A DNA stretch of 64,000 nucleotides from contig JBGPFC010000001.1 in the NCBI GenBank assembly GCA_041483195.1, positions 64,001 through 128,000 of the forward strand, written 5' to 3'. The DNA comes from Candidatus Eiseniibacteriota bacterium (GTDB lineage: Bacteria > Eisenbacteria > RBG-16-71-46). Below the pieces are notes generated by a model, which saw nothing but the letters and a program-made list of their open reading frames with translations, was not told the origin of the DNA and did no database searches. Both the position numbers and the translations under genes were made by a program. This document shows positions 58,376 to 64,000 of this stretch, piece by piece (the stretch's first letter is position 1; each line of letters starts with the position of its first letter).

Positions 58376-58770
58376 CGATATCGGTGTTCGAGCACGACCA
58401 CGCCGCCTGCCCAGACCGCCAGCATGAACTCCGACAGGACAAGCCCTGACGGGAACCAGCCGACGCCGGCCACCTTGAAGAACAGCGTCATCGCGAGCAG
58501 TGCGCCGGTGGCGGCGAACGACACCGCGATCGCGATCAGGTGGATGCGCTGTTGCAGCTCGTCGAGACGGCGGATCGCCGCGACCGCGACGATGATGGTC
58601 CATGCGAGCGCGCCGGAACTGAGCCCCGCCATGAGGAGCCGCGTCGGCTCGCTGCGCGGAAGCAACCCGGCGATCGCCAGGGCCGCCACCATCGCCGCGA
58701 GGGCGGGAATCAGCTCGACCGCAAATCGCCGGTCGAAGCAGCCGAAGGGGTTCGGGCGCCCGCCACTCAT
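58372..58770 (-). CDS. small membrane protein coupled to the Xre regulator
   Basis: 4 TM, RRLDELQQRIHL motif, ATGA overlap with the HTH gene. Confidence 0.8.
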   Translation of the reverse strand: MSGGRPNPFGCFDRRFAVELIPALAAMVAALAIAGLLPRSEPTRLLMAGLSSGALAWTIIVAVAAIRRLDELQQRIHLIAIAVSFAATGALLAMTLFFKVAGVGWFPSGLVLSEFMLAVWAGGVVVLEHRYR

Positions 58771-58836
58771 ACGTATGCCCCGATCCGATCCACCGAATTC
58801 CCGCGCAACGCCTGGGCCACGCTCATGAGGGGGGAG

Positions 58837-58876
58837 TGTAAAGGATGCTTGTCAGGCCTGTCAAGCATGCTTTACA
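58837..58876. promoter_or_regulatory. tandem palindromic operators, likely bound by the Xre protein
   Basis: TGTAAAGGATGCTTGTCA-GGCC-TGTCAAGCATGCTTTACA; 40-bp inverted repeat with 18/20 match. Confidence 0.7.
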
Positions 58877-58987
58877 GCCGTGTCGTGCGGCTGGAGCTGT
58901 CCCGGCGCCGCGTGCGGTGGACACCGCGCGCCGAGCCGCGATCCGGCGTATCATTCGCGCGAGCTGCGGACCTTCTTGGAGGTAACC

Positions 58988-59986
58988 GTGCCCGGCGCGA
59001 GCAAAGGCTTGAAGACCGTCGTCGCGATGCTCGGCGTCATTCTCGTTCCGGCCTATCTCACGCTGCGGACGATTCACCTTGCTCCGCCGCCAGCGTTCAC
59101 GCCGGGGACGAACCCGAGCCCTCACGGGTACACGATCAGCCTGCTGCTCTTCATCGTTCCTGCGATCGCGATCCTGTGGTGGTTCGCGCGTCGCCCACAG
59201 GCCCGCATCGAACGATCGGCGTTCTTCCTGTCCGTCGTCTGGACGGCCGGGATCGGAATCGCGCTCGACCTCTTCTTCGGGAACGCGTTCTTCACCTTCC
59301 CCAATCGCGGCGCGATCCTTGGCATCCTGCTGCCGGGCTACGTCCCGGGCGCGGGATGGCGGCTCAGCATTCCGATCGAAGAGTTCATCTTCTACGCGGC
59401 CGGGTTCTCGGCCATTCTCCTCTTCTACGTCTGGTGCGACGCGTACTGGTTCGAGGCGCACGACGTCGCCGAGATGAAGCGCCGCGCTCGGGCCGTCCCG
59501 CGCATCTTGCAGCTGCACCTCGGCACCGCGACGGCGGCGCCGCTCCTGCTGGCCGCGGCGGTCGCGTACAAGCGCTGGGGCCCGCACGCGGATCACGCCG
59601 GGTTCCCAGGCTACCTCACGTATCTCCTGCTCGCGGCCGCCACCCCGAGCCTCGCGCTGTTCCACTCGGCCCGATCGTCGATCAACTGGCGCGCGTTCAG
59701 CCTGACGATCGCGTTCCTGCTGGTGGTGAGCCTGCTGTGGGAGGTGACGCTCGCGATCCCGTACGGCTGGTGGGGCTATCGCGATCGCCAGATGGTAGGC
59801 CTCTACGTGGTAGCGTGGGGGCACCTGCCGCTCGAGGCGGTGCTGGTCTGGGTCGCATCGAGCTGGGGCGCGGTGATCATCTACGAGAGCGTGCGCATCG
59901 CGCTTCACATGGAGCGACCGATGGCGGAGGCGCTGTTCGGGGCCGAAGCGGCGGCGAGGCTGAGGCGCCTGGGACGGCGGCCGTAG
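58988..59986 (+). CDS. membrane protein with two lycopene-cyclase-like (CrtYc/Yd-type) domains
   Basis: GGAGG plus GTG; LDLFFG...IPIEEFIFY and LLWEV...WWGY...VG...LPLEAVLVW. Confidence 0.65.
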   Translation: MPGASKGLKTVVAMLGVILVPAYLTLRTIHLAPPPAFTPGTNPSPHGYTISLLLFIVPAIAILWWFARRPQARIERSAFFLSVVWTAGIGIALDLFFGNAFFTFPNRGAILGILLPGYVPGAGWRLSIPIEEFIFYAAGFSAILLFYVWCDAYWFEAHDVAEMKRRARAVPRILQLHLGTATAAPLLLAAAVAYKRWGPHADHAGFPGYLTYLLLAAATPSLALFHSARSSINWRAFSLTIAFLLVVSLLWEVTLAIPYGWWGYRDRQMVGLYVVAWGHLPLEAVLVWVASSWGAVIIYESVRIALHMERPMAEALFGAEAAARLRRLGRRP

Positions 59987-60069
59987 TCTCGCCCCAGGCG
60001 TAGCTCGACGACGCACCAGTCAGGGTGGATCCGGGTGGAGCTCATAAGACGACGGCGCCTTGTCTTGGC

Positions 60070-60285
60070 TCAGGCAAGCCGTCGCCTGGGAATCGCCAGA
60101 AGCACGATGCCGCTGATCAGCGCGATCCCTCCGACGATGGGCGACAGCGGGATGTTCTTGTGCTCGGTCGTCGTCGCCTTGAACAGACCGACATCGAGAA
60201 TCGTTCTCTGCCGGTTGTAGCTGATTCCGCCATAGACCAGCGCGATGATTCCGAGAATCACGAGTGCGAAGCTGAAGGTCTTCAT
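60070..60285 (-). CDS. DUF3185-like small membrane protein
   Basis: TM-YGGISY..ILDVG..A.....IPLSP-TM. Confidence 0.75.
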   Translation of the reverse strand: MKTFSFALVILGIIALVYGGISYNRQRTILDVGLFKATTTEHKNIPLSPIVGGIALISGIVLLAIPRRRLA

Positions 60286-60318
60286 TGGTTCACACGTTCC
60301 TTCCGGCCGAAGCGGGGC

Positions 60319-60468
60319 CTACAGCGCCCTTCGACCCGAAATGATACGGAGCAGAACAACGATGATGGCGACGGCGAGCAGCAGGTGGATGAAGCCACCC
60401 AGTGTGTACGCCGTCAGCATGCCGAGCAGCCATAGGATCAGAAGCACCACTGCGATCGTCCAGAGCAT
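60319..60468 (-). CDS. lmo0937-family small membrane protein (49 aa, absent from the ORF track)
   Basis: MLWTIAVVLLILWLLGMLTAYTLGGFIHLLLAVAIIVVLLRIISGRRAL. Confidence 0.88.
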   Translation of the reverse strand: MLWTIAVVLLILWLLGMLTAYTLGGFIHLLLAVAIIVVLLRIISGRRAL

Positions 60469-60496
60469 TTGCCGCCGCCTTTCGCGCCCGCCTGCG

Positions 60497-61126
60497 CTAG
60501 CTGCGCACCGCGACGGCCTCGTTCGTGGTGAACGTGAGCGCGGTGCCTTCCTTCAGCACCACCTGCCAGCCCTTGGTCTGTGACACGACGCCGGTCGCAG
60601 CCCCGCCGCCGATCAGCCCGCCGATGATCGTGCCCTTGTCCGAGCCGCCCACCGCATGGCCGAGGACCGCGCCGGCCACGGTGGCCGCTCCGATGGCGCC
60701 GAGATTCCGCGCCCGCGGCGATCCCGCGACGACGGACTCCATGCTGCCGCGAACGCGATAACTGCGGCCGCCGACCGTGATCGAACTCAGTCCGAGGTCG
60801 AGCATGGCGCGGTCGCCCTTGCGAGCCGGCTTGACCGACGTGACGGTGCCACTGACCGCGCTGCCGGCAGGGACGATGTTCCGGCCATCGAGAACCAACG
60901 CGTTCCGGGTCGACCCGGTCCACGCGTTGCCGACGCTCGCGGTTTCCGACGTGAGCGGGGTGGCGAGTGCGATTTCGATCGACGTGCCGGAAGGCAGGGT
61001 CAGATCGGCCACGCGGTTGGAGGACGTGTTGTTCGTGCCGTCCTGGGCACCCTGCTCGGTGCGACATCCCGAGAGCACAGTGGCCGCGACCAGCGCGACG
61101 CCGACGATGAAGTGTGCATGACGCAT
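60497..61126 (-). CDS. lipoprotein with a TrbI-like beta domain and glycine zipper
   Basis: Lipobox LSGC; VPAGSAVSGTV; GAVLGHAVGGSDKGTIIGGLIGGG; AAGGAG RBS. Confidence 0.82.
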   Translation of the reverse strand: MRHAHFIVGVALVAATVLSGCRTEQGAQDGTNNTSSNRVADLTLPSGTSIEIALATPLTSETASVGNAWTGSTRNALVLDGRNIVPAGSAVSGTVTSVKPARKGDRAMLDLGLSSITVGGRSYRVRGSMESVVAGSPRARNLGAIGAATVAGAVLGHAVGGSDKGTIIGGLIGGGAATGVVSQTKGWQVVLKEGTALTFTTNEAVAVRS

Positions 61127-61225
61127 GGATGACTCCTTGGTTAATGAGGAGGCGCCGCCGGAGCGGCGACCTCCCCAGGGGTGATGAGCAAGGATCAAAT
61201 CGATCCGGGCTCGGGCTTCGAAACG

Positions 61226-62302
61226 TTACGGGGTGGGCATTACGACGGCGTTGCCGGCCAGCGTCACCGCGCCGATCCGTGCCAGTGCTCTGCCATTCAA
61301 CGACGCCCCGGTGTTCAGTGTGATCGACTGGTTCGCCATGATGGTGCCCTTGAAGACGGACGTCGTTCCAAGTGTCGCCGAGCTCCCCACCTGCCAGAAG
61401 ACGTTCGAAGCTTTGGCGCCACCGCTCAGGACCACGGCTCGGCCTGAGGTCGTGGTGAGCGTCGATGCCATCTGGAAGATGAAGACGGCATTCGCGTCGC
61501 CCTGGGCGTCGAGCGTGAGATCACCCGAGGAGATCGCGAGCGAGGACGTGGACTTGTAGAGACCCGGAGGCAGCGTCATCCCGCCGAGATTCCCGGCGAC
61601 GGTGACGGGTGCCAGCGTGCGTCCAGCGGCGTCGTTGTATGCGATGGTGAGATCCGCCAGGCCCGCGGCTGACGTGGGATCGCCCTTGTGCATCGCACCG
61701 GTCAGGGTTCCCGGCGGGAAGCCAGTCACGGCGGTTCCCGGGCTCACGCCCAGATCACCCGTCAGAGCGGTCGCACCCAAGTTGGTGACCGTCGAACCGG
61801 CCAGCACCACGAACGCTCCGGCCGCGCCTAGAGCCGGCGCAGCCTGATTGCTTGCCGACGCCGATGTCGTGAAGCTCCACGCATGGTTGATCGCGAGCGC
61901 ATTGCCGGCGACATCGGTGGCCCCGGTCGTGATCGTCGCGATATAGACCGTGCCGGCCGCGAGCGCACTCGTGGGCGTGAACATCGCGATGTCGCTAGAA
62001 GCATCGTAGGCAACGGTGCCGGTCACGAGCGTCGGGCCAGGACCGCTCACGGAGAAGCTGGACGCCGTGATCGTCGAGGCGCTCATCGCCTCGCTGAACG
62101 ATGCCGTGATGACCGCCACGCCGGTGGCGCCATCGATGGGGTTGGTGGAACTCACGGTCGGCGCGACAGTGTCTCCAACTGGCCCGCCGGGTCCGATGGG
62201 GTTCTTGGGAGACGAACCACAACCAACCATCGCGACCAGCAGTAGTGCGAGTGGCAACGCCGCGAAGAAGCTTGTTCGACGATCGAAGTGTGCATGACGC
62301 AT
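61226..62302 (-). CDS. ice-binding-like (DUF3494) lipoprotein with an Ig-like (Big_5) domain
   Basis: Lipobox [68 protein letters not shown]. Confidence 0.9.
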   Translation of the reverse strand: MRHAHFDRRTSFFAALPLALLLVAMVGCGSSPKNPIGPGGPVGDTVAPTVSSTNPIDGATGVAVITASFSEAMSASTITASSFSVSGPGPTLVTGTVAYDASSDIAMFTPTSALAAGTVYIATITTGATDVAGNALAINHAWSFTTSASASNQAAPALGAAGAFVVLAGSTVTNLGATALTGDLGVSPGTAVTGFPPGTLTGAMHKGDPTSAAGLADLTIAYNDAAGRTLAPVTVAGNLGGMTLPPGLYKSTSSLAISSGDLTLDAQGDANAVFIFQMASTLTTTSGRAVVLSGGAKASNVFWQVGSSATLGTTSVFKGTIMANQSITLNTGASLNGRALARIGAVTLAGNAVVMPTP

Positions 62303-62370
62303 CTGGTGACTCCTTATGTGAAAGCGAATTCGAGAGAACCGCGGTATCTCCGCAATCGGAGCAACCAAGC

Positions 62371-62385
62371 GCCAGTTTCGTGCCA
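62371..62385 (-). promoter_or_regulatory. putative sigma54 promoter of the DUF3494 cluster
   Basis: Minus strand TGGCACG-AAAC-TGGC (GG-N10-GC), about 70 bp upstream of the ATG, next to a bEBP gene. Confidence 0.6.
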
Positions 62386-62688
62386 CGCGGGGGGCGGGAG
62401 CCGCGATTCCTCTTACCGCGCTGCTGGGGATCAACCTGGCGGTGCGGCTCGCAGCCGGAGTGCTGTGCCAGCGAACGAACATGCGGCCGTTGGCGAGGAA
62501 GATCCTTCAATCCCAGGAAGGAAGTTCAAACGAGCGTGAGTGCGGGAGAGGGAGATCTTGGGACGCCTCCCGAGCGCGGATGATTCCGCGTCGCAGGAGT
62601 CGATCCGCCGCTGGCCGTCGCGTTTGCACCCGGCGACTTCGGTGTCATATTTTCGGCGAGAGTTCTTCCTGGGCAGAGGATCCATGCG

Positions 62689-64000
62689 ATGCTCCGCGCA
62701 CTTCTAGTCGACGACGACAACGACTTTCTCTCCGGCCTGGCCGAGATCACGAAGCAGGAAGGCTTCGAGGTCGCGCTCGCGAGCTCGCTGACAGAGGCTC
62801 GGGAATGCATGGCCCGCGGGCCGGTAGACCTCGTGGTCGTCGATCTCATGCTGCCCGACGGGAAGGGGATCGGGCTGCTGAAGGAGCTGAAGGACACCAC
62901 GGGCTCCGACGTGATCATCGTCTCGGGCATGGCCACCGTGGATTCCGCGATCGAGGCGCTGCGGCTGGGCGCGCTCGACTACCTCACCAAGCCCCTCGAT
63001 CTCCGCCGCATGAAGGCCGTGCTCGCCAACGTGGTGCGGGTCCGTTCGCTCAAGGACGAGGTCGGCACGCTGCGCGGCGAGCTCCGAAAGCTGGGTCGCT
63101 TCGGCCAGCTGATCGGCGTCTCCCCGAGCATGCAGGCCGTGTACGATCTGATCGCCAGGGCCGCACCGACGGACGCGACGGTCTTCATCACCGGGAAGAG
63201 CGGCACGGGGAAGGAACTCGTCGCGCAGACGGTCTTCGAGTTGAGCGCCCGCCGCCACCGGCCCTTCCTTCCGCTCAACTGCGGGGCGATCCCCCCGACC
63301 CTGATCGAGAGCGAGCTGTTCGGCCACGAGCGGGGCAGCTTTACCGGTGCGACGCAGCTCCGGCGGGGCTACTTCGAGCGCGCGTCGGGCGGCACACTGT
63401 TCCTCGACGAGATCACCGAAATGCCGATCGAGCTCCAGGTCAAACTCCTGCGTGTGCTCGAGTCATCGACGCTGACGCGCGTCGGGGGCGAGGAGCCCAT
63501 CCGGGTGGACGTGCGTTTGATCGCCGCCACCAACCGCGTGCCGAAAGAAGCCGTGCAGGCCGGGAAACTGAGGGAGGACCTGTTCTACCGCTTGAACGTG
63601 TTCCCGATCGCCCTGCCCGAGCTGCGCGCACGTGGCGGGGATGTGCTCCTGCTGGCCGAGCGCTTCGTCGAGTCGCTCAATGCCGCCGCCGGAACGGCCA
63701 AGCGCCTGAGCGCCGCGGCGCGCGAGCGCATCCAGGCCCACCCGTGGCCGGGCAACGTGCGCGAGCTCAAGAACGAGCTGAATCGCGCGTTCATCATGTC
63801 CGAGGACAAGATCGAGCTCGGAGACTTGGAAGCCGGGGCCGCCCCTGATGCGACGATCCGGCCCGGTGCGAAGCAGCCTCCCGACATGGGGGCTTCGCTC
63901 GACGACGCGGAGCGCCAACACATCCTCGCCACGCTCGAGCACTGTGGCGGTGACAAGAAGAAGGCTGCCGAGATCCTCGGCATCAGCCTCAAGACGCTCT
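62689..64000 (+). CDS. sigma54-dependent response regulator (NtrC/AtoC-like), runs off the window edge
   Basis: Manual translation: MLRALLVDDD receiver, DLMLPD, GKSGTGKE, ESELFGHERGSFTGA, LFLDEI, WPGNVREL, Fis-type HTH. Confidence 0.93.
   Translation, partial: MLRALLVDDDNDFLSGLAEITKQEGFEVALASSLTEARECMARGPVDLVVVDLMLPDGKGIGLLKELKDTTGSDVIIVSGMATVDSAIEALRLGALDYLTKPLDLRRMKAVLANVVRVRSLKDEVGTLRGELRKLGRFGQLIGVSPSMQAVYDLIARAAPTDATVFITGKSGTGKELVAQTVFELSARRHRPFLPLNCGAIPPTLIESELFGHERGSFTGATQLRRGYFERASGGTLFLDEITEMPIELQVKLLRVLESSTLTRVGGEEPIRVDVRLIAATNRVPKEAVQAGKLREDLFYRLNVFPIALPELRARGGDVLLLAERFVESLNAAAGTAKRLSAAARERIQAHPWPGNVRELKNELNRAFIMSEDKIELGDLEAGAAPDATIRPGAKQPPDMGASLDDAERQHILATLEHCGGDKKKAAEILGISLKTL

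Noticed and set aside
54440..58800. Integron cassette array explaining the co-directional accessory genes
   Set aside because: No repeated attC-like sites in the short spacers and no integrase in the window.
1..64000. CRISPR array, rRNA genes or prophage structural genes
   Set aside because: No regularly spaced direct repeats, rRNA-like segments or virion genes seen by eye.

Overview
GC-rich bacterial window, mostly housekeeping, envelope and secreted-protein genes. At least six proteins share a FlgD-Ig/T9SS-type-A-like C-terminal tail, which suggests an FCB-related lineage such as Ca. Eisenbacteria (inference only). Core content: lat+Lrp, thrH, a sigma54-type 2-oxoacid oxidoreductase operon with a GltD-PorD fusion, a cobalamin riboswitch-btuB-secreted propeller unit, fabI, FdhF/YdeP, Pit/DUF47, glpD-glpK and a partial NtrC-like regulator facing an ice-binding (DUF3494) cluster. 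Accessory blocks lie at ~1.1-2.7 kb (tRNA-like element, GIY-YIG), ~25.6-29.2 kb (IS256, cargo and an inverted IS-end remnant) and ~54.5-58.9 kb (MenAT-like pair, 7-repeat Zn-ribbon protein, YkgJ, Xre). Main discovery: three putative selenoprotein genes that the ORF track splits at in-frame UGA codons. Two are tandem thioredoxin-fold proteins (UEFC, UPYC) with signal peptides, secretion-type tails and fdhF-like GGUC SECIS loops 18 nt after UGA. They lie upstream of a TlpA (CHPC) and a DUF6029-like outer-membrane barrel (CTAGTC), forming a candidate trans-envelope selenium redox relay. The third is a SelW/Rdx-like CHYU protein. All family calls come from motif recognition by eye; no searches were run.
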